DNA of 34,286 bases, from positions 1 through 34,286 of IMG/VR virus record IMGVR_UViG_3300038825_001186. One strand, written 5' to 3'. The DNA comes from a virus (lineage: Duplodnaviria; Caudoviricetes). Shown piece after piece: positions 16,843 to 23,986 of this stretch (position 1 is the stretch's first letter; each line of letters begins with the position of its first letter). The notes under the pieces are model-generated. The model searched no databases. It was not told the DNA's origin and saw nothing but the letters and a program-made list of their open reading frames with translations. The translations under genes and the position numbers were made by a program.

Positions 16843-17144
16843 ATATGCCACCATTGTATCCTTATAGAAAACCTATACCAGACACCGTAAAACGCGCCGT
16901 TAGAAAACGCGCCAGCAACTGCTGTGAGAAATGCGGTGACGAACGCAGATTAGAGTTTCACCACCTCACATATCTGAATACAAATTCCAACTACCACCGG
17001 GATTGGTTTGGGTTAATATTTGGTGCAGAAACACACGAAGATCTTGCGCTGTTATGTAGGGAGTGTCACCACCAGCAACACAGAGATTTGAATGGTTATT
17101 TTTGGGCAGATCCAGACGATCACCCTGAAAGGAACATGGCGTAA
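16839..17144 (+). CDS. HNH endonuclease
   Basis: CEKCG...LEFHHLTY...DL.LLCRECH motif. Confidence 0.85.
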   Translation: MNMPPLYPYRKPIPDTVKRAVRKRASNCCEKCGDERRLEFHHLTYLNTNSNYHRDWFGLIFGAETHEDLALLCRECHHQQHRDLNGYFWADPDDHPERNMA

Positions 17145-17305
17145 CATTATGTATTACAACATCTTAGCTGTATTACCTGTTATAGTTAGTATGGGATCAG
17201 TTACACTTAAACTGATGTAGCTAATGAAGTATTTATTAATATGTAGCTTAGGGGTTTTCGCTTTTTGTGCTTAAAACAGTGTGACGGCATTATAAATAGT
17301 ATCGC

Positions 17306-17515
17306 CTAATCATCCACATATAACACCTTCAAGCCTACTTGTGCATCCACCAATCGCTTCAGCTGCATTCGCACAAATACACGCTCATCATCTGTTTCAG
17401 TGCGCCACTTAACCAATGCTAAGATCGTATTGCTCAACGTCTGTGCGTAAACGCCCGTATCATCAATGCCATATAGCGCACCTTCTGGCGGTAATACTTC
17501 TTCCTCTTCCGTCAT
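17306..17515 (-). CDS. Small acidic hypothetical protein
   Basis: TAATG-coupled to the upstream phosphoesterase; last gene of the minus-strand arm. Confidence 0.6.
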   Translation of the reverse strand: MTEEEEVLPPEGALYGIDDTGVYAQTLSNTILALVKWRTETDDERVFVRMQLKRLVDAQVGLKVLYVDD

Positions 17516-18696
17516 TATGCGCGCTGCTTATTTATCCTTAACCACTCTGAGCGGCAATAATTCAAATATCCCACGCCCTGTATAGTAGATTCAAACACGG
17601 AAATCATGCCCGGATCATCGTCATCAAATCGTGGATCTATTACAATCACAGCTGCACCAGATATACGCCGGTCAGGTAAACCCAGCTGGCGCGCGTAATC
17701 ATCAAAGCGTTTATATCCGGCCACGCGCAGTGGATACTTAATGCGTCCAGTTTCGCCATCCCGTACAGCTGGCCCATTAGCCGATGTGTGCCTATGGCCG
17801 GCAACATATATGTGATCATCCCCAAACAGCGATGCCTTTAGGGTTCCATGCCCAGGGTTCCACATCGAGTGACCTGAGTGATCGTGCCGGCAGTTGACCC
17901 GTATTGACTTGCCCGATGGCAGTTCCAACTGCACGCGCACCCCATGTGCATCACAAAACACATTAGCTTGGTCACATAATTCTTTCACATAAATGCCGCC
18001 CCTGTTCCACAGATCGTGGTTTCCCAAGACCAGAAACAGCCACGGAGCCGCATTGATAATCCATTTTGCCAGTATTGCGCCTTCTTCTATGGTCGTCGTC
18101 TGATCGCCGTATTTGGCTTCTAAGCGACCCACCCAATTATTGGTCAAATCACCAACGTGCGCTGCGTATAGACCTTCAGTGCTGTTACAGAGGTCTATAT
18201 CGCGCTTGAGTGCTACAATATCGCATCCATCGTCATCAATGTGTGGATCGCCCAACATCATCAGTGCAATCGGCCCGTCTACATCAATGCGAACGGTCAT
18301 CAGCTGCACCGCATCATTGTGCGATTCGATGCGCTCAAAACGCTTTATTTTGTTTTCTATTAATTCTTCTATGGAGGGTAATGCAGACGGCGGCGTTTCT
18401 ATAGCAAACGTGCGTTTCTTTGTTGTGGGTAACATGGCACGCCAGCCGGGAAACTGCCGTAGAAACGTGTCATCACTCCACTCGTCTGGCTTGAGTTTAG
18501 TGTGACTTGTGCGTGTGGGTATTAGCTTTAATCCGCGTAATCGTTTCAGCGTGCCGTCTACTGTGCCAAGCGATATGCCGGACTCAGCAGACAGTGCTTT
18601 TACGCCATTATTCCTATTATGCAGCATACACAACCAGAATAGATCATGTATAGTGCGTTGTGTGGGAGTTAATTTCTGTATAGCGTCATCTATCAA
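17515..18696 (-). CDS. Calcineurin-like metallophosphoesterase with N-terminal HTH
   Basis: GDPH, GD..NN, GNHD, RH and GHRH metal motifs; VKALSAESGISLGTVDGTLKRL HTH. Confidence 0.85.
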   Translation of the reverse strand: MIDDAIQKLTPTQRTIHDLFWLCMLHNRNNGVKALSAESGISLGTVDGTLKRLRGLKLIPTRTSHTKLKPDEWSDDTFLRQFPGWRAMLPTTKKRTFAIETPPSALPSIEELIENKIKRFERIESHNDAVQLMTVRIDVDGPIALMMLGDPHIDDDGCDIVALKRDIDLCNSTEGLYAAHVGDLTNNWVGRLEAKYGDQTTTIEEGAILAKWIINAAPWLFLVLGNHDLWNRGGIYVKELCDQANVFCDAHGVRVQLELPSGKSIRVNCRHDHSGHSMWNPGHGTLKASLFGDDHIYVAGHRHTSANGPAVRDGETGRIKYPLRVAGYKRFDDYARQLGLPDRRISGAAVIVIDPRFDDDDPGMISVFESTIQGVGYLNYCRSEWLRINKQRA

Positions 18697-18893
18697 AACT
18701 TCATCACAGCCTTCAAAGATGCAACCGCTTCAGATAATTCTATTTTTAACCGCCTGGCATCTTCGTCAACGTCTTCATACTTATCCAATAGCTTTTGTGT
18801 AAGTGCGATAACGTCCTCTACTTCTTTTCGTGCCTTCTTTAGCCGGCGGCCAAATGTAAATGCGCCTGCAGCGCGCTTAATTATCCCAACCAT
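18693..18893 (-). CDS. Small coiled-coil hypothetical protein
   Basis: AAGGTG RBS; stop overlaps the next start. Confidence 0.65.
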   Translation of the reverse strand: MVGIIKRAAGAFTFGRRLKKARKEVEDVIALTQKLLDKYEDVDEDARRLKIELSEAVASLKAVMKF

Positions 18894-18910
18894 TCACACC
18901 TTTTTTAAAT

Positions 18911-18984
18911 TGGTGGCGAGGCGTGGAGTCGAACCACGATTCCCAGGAAATGAACCTGATGAGTTACCGTTACTCTACCTCGCG
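18911..18984 (-). tRNA. tRNA-Met (CAT), initiator-like
   Basis: CGCGAGG TA GAGT AACGGTA ACTC A TCAGG TTCATTT CCTGG GAAT CGTGG TTCGACT CCACG CCTCGCC A CCA: full cloverleaf with encoded CCA. Confidence 0.92.
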
Positions 18985-19245
18985 TCACTTATGTTCAATA
19001 GCGTATTCTAACCCCTTCAATGCGCCTACAATCTCACGCAGCATAGGATCAGCATCACAGATCACCCTAATGCGCTCGTCGCGCTGCTGCTCCAACTCTG
19101 CTTTGATTTCTTCGATGCTTTTTGTTTCTGCCGCACCATTAGCCGGTGCTTCTTCTACTGCAACTGGTTTAGTCATAATGCCGCCTCCTGTGCGACCTTT
19201 GCGTTTTCTGCCCCCGCTACCACCACGTTTTCGTGGACTACTCAC
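18985..19245 (-). CDS. Hypothetical protein (basic Gly/Arg N-terminus plus coiled coil)
   Basis: GTG start overlaps the upstream stop; alternative ATG after AGGAGG; stop abuts the tRNA. Confidence 0.65.
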   Translation of the reverse strand: MSSPRKRGGSGGRKRKGRTGGGIMTKPVAVEEAPANGAAETKSIEEIKAELEQQRDERIRVICDADPMLREIVGALKGLEYAIEHK

Positions 19246-19397
19246 TTCTTCCTACCCTTTGCCGTCTTTGCGGCTTTCTTGAATGCTGCTGCTGTAGGTG
19301 CGCCCTTTGCGCCTGGTTTACGCATCTTCTCACCGCTGCCGCCGGCAATGCGCTTTCTCTTTGCGTGTATGTTTGCGTATAAACCACGTTTTGCCAT
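19242..19397 (-). CDS. 51-aa highly basic protein (not in ORF track)
   Basis: MAKRGLYANIHAKRKRIAGGSGEKMRKPGAKGAPTAAAFKKAAKTAKGRKK; GGAG RBS; fills the gap exactly. Confidence 0.85.
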   Translation of the reverse strand: MAKRGLYANIHAKRKRIAGGSGEKMRKPGAKGAPTAAAFKKAAKTAKGRKK

Positions 19398-19401
19398 TGC
19401 T

Positions 19402-19707
19402 CTAACTCCACTTCGTCTTGTCGGCCCAATACGCCGCGCTACTACGACCTTTTGCTATATTTTTGCCGTGCCTCGATTTGAAATTGGCACGCCGCTGTGT
19501 TGTAGCTTTTGACTCACCCTTTTTAGGTGCGCCAGCTGTAGATGCACCTTGTTCGCCAAATCGAATAGTCTTCGTCTTGGTCTGTCCACCCTCTTTAAAT
19601 TTAGCCACGACCACATGAGACTTTTTAGGATGGTTTGGCGTGCGTTTTGGTTTGTTATACGCAGACACCCCAGCGCGCGCTAATTTAGGATCTTTCTTTG
19701 CCGGCAT
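19402..19707 (-). CDS. 101-aa highly basic protein
   Basis: NKPKRTPNHPKKSHVVVAK...IRFG.QG...RR.NFK.RH...SAAYWAD..KW. Confidence 0.85.
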   Translation of the reverse strand: MPAKKDPKLARAGVSAYNKPKRTPNHPKKSHVVVAKFKEGGQTKTKTIRFGEQGASTAGAPKKGESKATTQRRANFKSRHGKNIAKGRSSAAYWADKTKWS

Positions 19708-19708
19708 C

Positions 19709-19825
19709 TTACTTGCCCTTGCGCGTCTTCGCTTTTGGCTTGGCTTTCATCTTAGCTTTTGCCTTTTTCGCTGCGGCCATACCTTTTGTGGTATAGGGGT
19801 ATGATTTGTTTCCAACCTTTGGCAT
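19709..19825 (-). CDS. 38-aa Lys/Ala-rich peptide (not in ORF track)
   Basis: AGGAG RBS; MPKVGNKSYPYTTKGMAAAKKAKAKMKAKPKAKTRKGK; stop is 1 nt before the next ATG. Confidence 0.8.
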   Translation of the reverse strand: MPKVGNKSYPYTTKGMAAAKKAKAKMKAKPKAKTRKGK

Positions 19826-19904
19826 TGTCCATGCTCCTGTATGGGTTTTATATGTACTATACATACCCATTTATTTGACCCAATCCAACATTTAGGTGTC
19901 ATAA

Positions 19905-20159
19905 TTATCTGTTTTGATTATGCTGCAGGTATCCCTCTAAACGCGCCTGGCAACGTATCAGATCCGTCAGTAATTCATTCGTTCGATCTAACTTGTCTGC
20001 CACTGCGCGTAATTCGTTTATATGGCTATCGTTGCCGTTTCCGTTTCCATTCTTGCCGGCCATCTTAGCTATTATATAGGCGGTCAATGCGCCACCACCG
20101 ACCCCCGAAACACCCCCGGTTGTCAATAGCATGGTTATTGGATCTGCCCCAGGTTCCAT
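19905..20159 (-). CDS. Small membrane-anchored coiled-coil protein (lysis-associated?)
   Basis: Gly-rich hydrophobic N-terminus plus coiled coil; abuts the upstream gene. Confidence 0.55.
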   Translation of the reverse strand: MEPGADPITMLLTTGGVSGVGGGALTAYIIAKMAGKNGNGNGNDSHINELRAVADKLDRTNELLTDLIRCQARLEGYLQHNQNR

Positions 20160-20603
20160 CTAAACCACCTTCGTATTATTGCTTTTTATAACGTCATCGC
20201 CGCGCTTGATAGTCACGTTGCCCTCTTCGACATCTACGGAAAACGGCGGCTCTTCTTTATCCAACCGATCTAGTTTCTCGATCAATTTGTTGATCACGCT
20301 GAACTCAGGTCGATCTGGCTTTTCACCTGCGCCGGCAATAGACGATAGCAACCCAATCAACGCTTGCAGCGATGCGCCTATAATTGCCATGACAGGTGCT
20401 AATACCTGCTCGTTAAGAAATAAGCTGGCAGATACGCCTATTACTACAATGCTGGTTATATACGCCAGACCGTGCTTACCAATCGATTTGCCGGCAACGT
20501 CTTTTGCAGTGCTTTGCGCTTCTAACCGCGCTAACTCTGCTTTGATTTCTTCTTTGTAATGTGCTAATGATCGCCTAAGCGTTTTCTTTTCGTCATCTGT
20601 CAT
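20160..20603 (-). CDS. Two-TM membrane protein (holin-like candidate)
   Basis: Two hydrophobic segments, LAYITSIVVIGVSASLFL and VLAPVMAIIGASLQALIGLLSSIA. Confidence 0.55.
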   Translation of the reverse strand: MTDDEKKTLRRSLAHYKEEIKAELARLEAQSTAKDVAGKSIGKHGLAYITSIVVIGVSASLFLNEQVLAPVMAIIGASLQALIGLLSSIAGAGEKPDRPEFSVINKLIEKLDRLDKEEPPFSVDVEEGNVTIKRGDDVIKSNNTKVV

Positions 20604-20821
20604 TGACCCTCGCCAAAATAGAATCCTAATACAGTGCCGTATATGCCGATTAATACAGTCGCATCTATCTGGTTAGTGACCACAGTTTCCCAGACAACCA
20701 ATCCCGTAAGCGATATGCCGATCAGCTGACGTATCGCTTGTTTACTCACCCAGCTTGTGCGCCCGTTGCTGCCGCCTCTGTGCTGCGTTGGAGCAGACCC
20801 CTGCGGCATCACCTCGCTCAT
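20600..20821 (-). CDS. Small two-TM protein, holin-like
   Basis: Two TM segments ending in VLGFYFG; lies after the tail-fibre genes. Confidence 0.55.
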   Translation of the reverse strand: MSEVMPQGSAPTQHRGGSNGRTSWVSKQAIRQLIGISLTGLVVWETVVTNQIDATVLIGIYGTVLGFYFGEGQ

Positions 20822-21174
20822 TACTCAGCATCCAACCACGGAGCGGACATTTCTCGCGGTGCGACTGCTCGCGCCTGTAACTGCGCCTCCAGACCTTCCT
20901 TCTGTTGTTCATGCCATACGGTGAGTTGGTCAATCGCACGCTGTGGGAGACCTGTTAGCGCGTCTAACGCGACGAAATCAGCAGCGGTCAGACTGCTCAG
21001 ATCAAGTGAGACCCACGGATCAGTGCTTGCTACTTCGCCTGTGTCCGTGTCAGTGGCTTTCGCGATGCACACAACGGCACTTATGCAATCGGTCTGGACG
21101 CTGCCGTCACCGAGGGTTTCTGTGCCGACGCGAATGCGGTCTGTGATAGTCAAATCATGGCTGTACGTTGGCAT
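20821..21174 (-). CDS. Tail-fibre-associated small protein
   Basis: AGGAG RBS; directly follows the tail fibre; ends in APW. Confidence 0.55.
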   Translation of the reverse strand: MPTYSHDLTITDRIRVGTETLGDGSVQTDCISAVVCIAKATDTDTGEVASTDPWVSLDLSSLTAADFVALDALTGLPQRAIDQLTVWHEQQKEGLEAQLQARAVAPREMSAPWLDAE

Positions 21175-21184
21175 TGTCTATCTC

Positions 21185-23935
21185 CTATGCCGCTTCTAAT
21201 GCGGCTACTTTAGTTTCAAGGGTTTCGATTTTTGTGATTGCTTCTTGTAGTGCAGCTGTCAGTAGTGGAACCAGTTTGCTCTGGTCGATGCCTTGATACT
21301 CTGGGTTGCCCTCATCGTCTACTGCATCTTTCGCGCCAGTAATAGCCTCTGGCACAACGTCAGAGACTTCATGCGCCACAAACCCATCGACTGTTTGATC
21401 AGCGTTTGATATGAAATTAAAACGTGACGGCTTTAGTGACTTGATGCGCGTAATGCCGTCTGTGATGCCTACGACATTTTCCTTGAGTCGATAATCTGAG
21501 GAGGTGTTGTATGCGGTAGATGTGGTTGTAATTGATATAGTACCAACTGCACTGCCATTAATTCCGTTTGCATTTGATGTGTGAAAAAATGCAGCAACAT
21601 TACTACCGTTTCTGGATATATTTATTGAGCCATTGCCTGTATCAGCAGCTACCCCATACCACCCTGTTGTACCGTACGAATTGGTGTTACTCGATAGAGT
21701 AAATATGCCATCACTATGGATGCGAGCGCGTTCTTGATTGCCAACGCCAAAAATAACAGGTGCGCTGCTAGATTGTGTACCTATAACCAGACCATTCGAT
21801 GCGGTATCAGCATCGTTTATGAGTGAACATCCGCCGAGCGTTTGCCCGTATTTAACATCGGTACGTGCCGTTCCGTATTTTCCGATATGAAATATGCCAC
21901 CAGTGCTATTTTCGTAAAATACATACGAATTATTACTAGTGGTACCCGCTTTGAGCCGCATACTCGCATCACCCGATTGCACAATGTCAAGTACTCGCTC
22001 TGGCGAGGACGTGCCTATGCCGAGTCTAGATGCCGATGCATCCCATGTCATGCCGCCGCCAGGTGAGAGATTATAGAAAACCACATCGCCATTTTGCACC
22101 AACTGCATTGAGGGCGTGTCGTTTTCATACCCCATATTATTCTGGCCTGCGTAGAAAAACATATTTTGCAGTCCGACTGTACCAGCAGATTTGACCTTTA
22201 TTCCCGCCCCGTAATGGGGTGGCGATCCAAATGCAGTACTTGAATCGTTGCTACTAAATCGAATACCACCCACAACGTCACTTACAGCAATAGACGTATC
22301 ACTACGCTGTATTGTAATTTCTGGGCCTGTTGAAGAATTCAACTCAAGAAGGGTCGTTGGCGAGGACGTGCCTATGCCGACGTTGCCGCTCGGAATTAGG
22401 ACATTGCCAGAACCTGCAATCCTATTTATTGCAAAATTCCCATCAGTGAACGTTGAATAAAACGGAGCGACTTCCCACTCGCCGCCTGTCGTTTCTAATC
22501 GTATTGCGCTAGTGCTAGAATCGCCTTTTAAATGCAAGCCTCGTGATGGCGAGGCCGTTCCCAATCCGAGCAGACCTGCGTTGGTCAGCGTCATGGCCTG
22601 CGTAAACGAGACCGTGTTGCCTGCCGTGCCAGAGGGCGCGGTGTAAAAAATATGTGCGCCTGCTTGCTGACCATAGGCCGCAGAGTAGTCTGTGTTTATA
22701 TATTTATTGTTTGTGCCGTCATAGTAGTAGTTACTGCCAACAAACGTGTCACCGCCATTATTATTGTAGAATACGCTATCATTTACCTGCAACGCCTTAA
22801 ACGAGCCACCCCACGCACTGGGAGTTAAGCCTATGCCCACGTTGCCGTTTTCAAGAAAATACCGCGATGCTGATAACTTCAGATTAGTAGTTGCACTGTC
22901 AGCATCATTACCTGCTTGTAGCTGTATTTCGCTACCTGCGGATGTAGAACTATCGCGAATGAAAAAACGGTGGTTAGATGAAGTTTGAACTGTAAATGGA
23001 TAGTTAGGATTGGTGCATAAAACACCCACACGGTTGTTACTACTATCAACCTTGAGGGTGCTTGTATCTACCGTCAGATCACCGCTGAACGTCCCTGTCG
23101 TGCCGCTGATCGTGCCGCCAGTTACGTTGCCGCTGATATTTCCCGTGACATCGCCTGTTAGGTTGCCTGTGACGTTTCCAGTTACATTCCCTGTCAGATC
23201 TCCCGTGACATTACCAGTGACGTTTCCAGTCAACGCACCGCTCACGCCACCTGTAGCCGTGATGAGGCCAGTAACGCCTAATGTGCCGCCCACTGCCATG
23301 TTGCGCGAAAAGAACCCATCGCGTGGCCGGGTTGCTCCCGATTTGCCAATGTCGTAGGTCGAATCAGTAAACAACAAATCGCTCGTCACGGTGGCATTCA
23401 CAGTCAACGTATCTGAAGCACTATCTCCCACCACCACAGCACCGTTCAGGGTTAACCCGCCGGTTAACGTCAACGCGCCGCCGACACTTACATCACCGGC
23501 AAACGTAGCTGCCTGTGCTGAAGATAGCGTGAGTGCTGTTGCGCCGTTCGTAGTAAACGCCAGGCTGTTTGCACTGTGACTGTATGCTATCTTACCTACA
23601 TCGTTATCAGCCGCATCCCCGAAAAAGATGTTTCCATCGCTGCTACTGCCCGACAGAATCGACAGACCTGACGCTGCGCTGTTTTCTAGTACAGCCTCGT
23701 TTGCATCTGCGTGCGCTTGAACACTGCCGGCTGATGCTGTGTGGACATGAAACTGCCCACCGTCTGCTGCAGTGATGCCCGATCCTACCACCAACTCGCC
23801 TAATACATAGGTTCCTGTGCTATCTATGTCTGAGTTGGTAATTGTGTGCGTGTAGATATTCTGGAATTCGCCATTCAGGTCTGTTGCCGTTAGCGTTTCA
23901 CCAGATACCCACGTTTTTAATGCGGTTAAATTCAT
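21185..23935 (-). CDS. Tail fibre with C-terminal peptidase S74 intramolecular chaperone
   Basis: GNVT repeats, repeated NVGIGT..P modules, and SDYRLKENV...LKP..F...GFVAHEV..VVPEA...YQGIDQSKLVPLL. Confidence 0.92.
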   Translation of the reverse strand: MNLTALKTWVSGETLTATDLNGEFQNIYTHTITNSDIDSTGTYVLGELVVGSGITAADGGQFHVHTASAGSVQAHADANEAVLENSAASGLSILSGSSSDGNIFFGDAADNDVGKIAYSHSANSLAFTTNGATALTLSSAQAATFAGDVSVGGALTLTGGLTLNGAVVVGDSASDTLTVNATVTSDLLFTDSTYDIGKSGATRPRDGFFSRNMAVGGTLGVTGLITATGGVSGALTGNVTGNVTGDLTGNVTGNVTGNLTGDVTGNISGNVTGGTISGTTGTFSGDLTVDTSTLKVDSSNNRVGVLCTNPNYPFTVQTSSNHRFFIRDSSTSAGSEIQLQAGNDADSATTNLKLSASRYFLENGNVGIGLTPSAWGGSFKALQVNDSVFYNNNGGDTFVGSNYYYDGTNNKYINTDYSAAYGQQAGAHIFYTAPSGTAGNTVSFTQAMTLTNAGLLGLGTASPSRGLHLKGDSSTSAIRLETTGGEWEVAPFYSTFTDGNFAINRIAGSGNVLIPSGNVGIGTSSPTTLLELNSSTGPEITIQRSDTSIAVSDVVGGIRFSSNDSSTAFGSPPHYGAGIKVKSAGTVGLQNMFFYAGQNNMGYENDTPSMQLVQNGDVVFYNLSPGGGMTWDASASRLGIGTSSPERVLDIVQSGDASMRLKAGTTSNNSYVFYENSTGGIFHIGKYGTARTDVKYGQTLGGCSLINDADTASNGLVIGTQSSSAPVIFGVGNQERARIHSDGIFTLSSNTNSYGTTGWYGVAADTGNGSINISRNGSNVAAFFHTSNANGINGSAVGTISITTTSTAYNTSSDYRLKENVVGITDGITRIKSLKPSRFNFISNADQTVDGFVAHEVSDVVPEAITGAKDAVDDEGNPEYQGIDQSKLVPLLTAALQEAITKIETLETKVAALEAA
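23110..23240 (-). repeat. 12-bp (4-aa) tandem G[ND][VLI]T repeats in the tail-fibre shaft
   Basis: GALTGNVTGNVTGDLTGNVTGNVTGNLTGDVTGNISGNVTGG. Confidence 0.85.
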
Positions 23936-23986
23936 TCAGCAGTTTTCTCCCACGGTCTTATGATTTGTTACCGGGCCGTGTGCCGG

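Noticed and set aside
17145-17305. Origin or att site in the AT-rich convergence gap
   Set aside because: I found only a weak inverted repeat (ATCAGTT/AACTGAT) and short TAGCT repeats, with no iterons or clear terminator. It cannot be excluded but is unsupported.
19238-19429. 63-aa ORF listed in the track
   Set aside because: Another frame (19242-19397) has an RBS, fits the gap exactly and encodes a more credible basic protein.
21185-23935. Diversity-generating retroelement or invertase-based tail-fibre switching
   Set aside because: I saw no reverse transcriptase, template/variable repeat pair or invertase anywhere in the genome.
23951-23980. Terminator hairpin before the tail fibre
   Set aside because: On the coding (minus) strand the stem has C-A mismatches and no U-tract.
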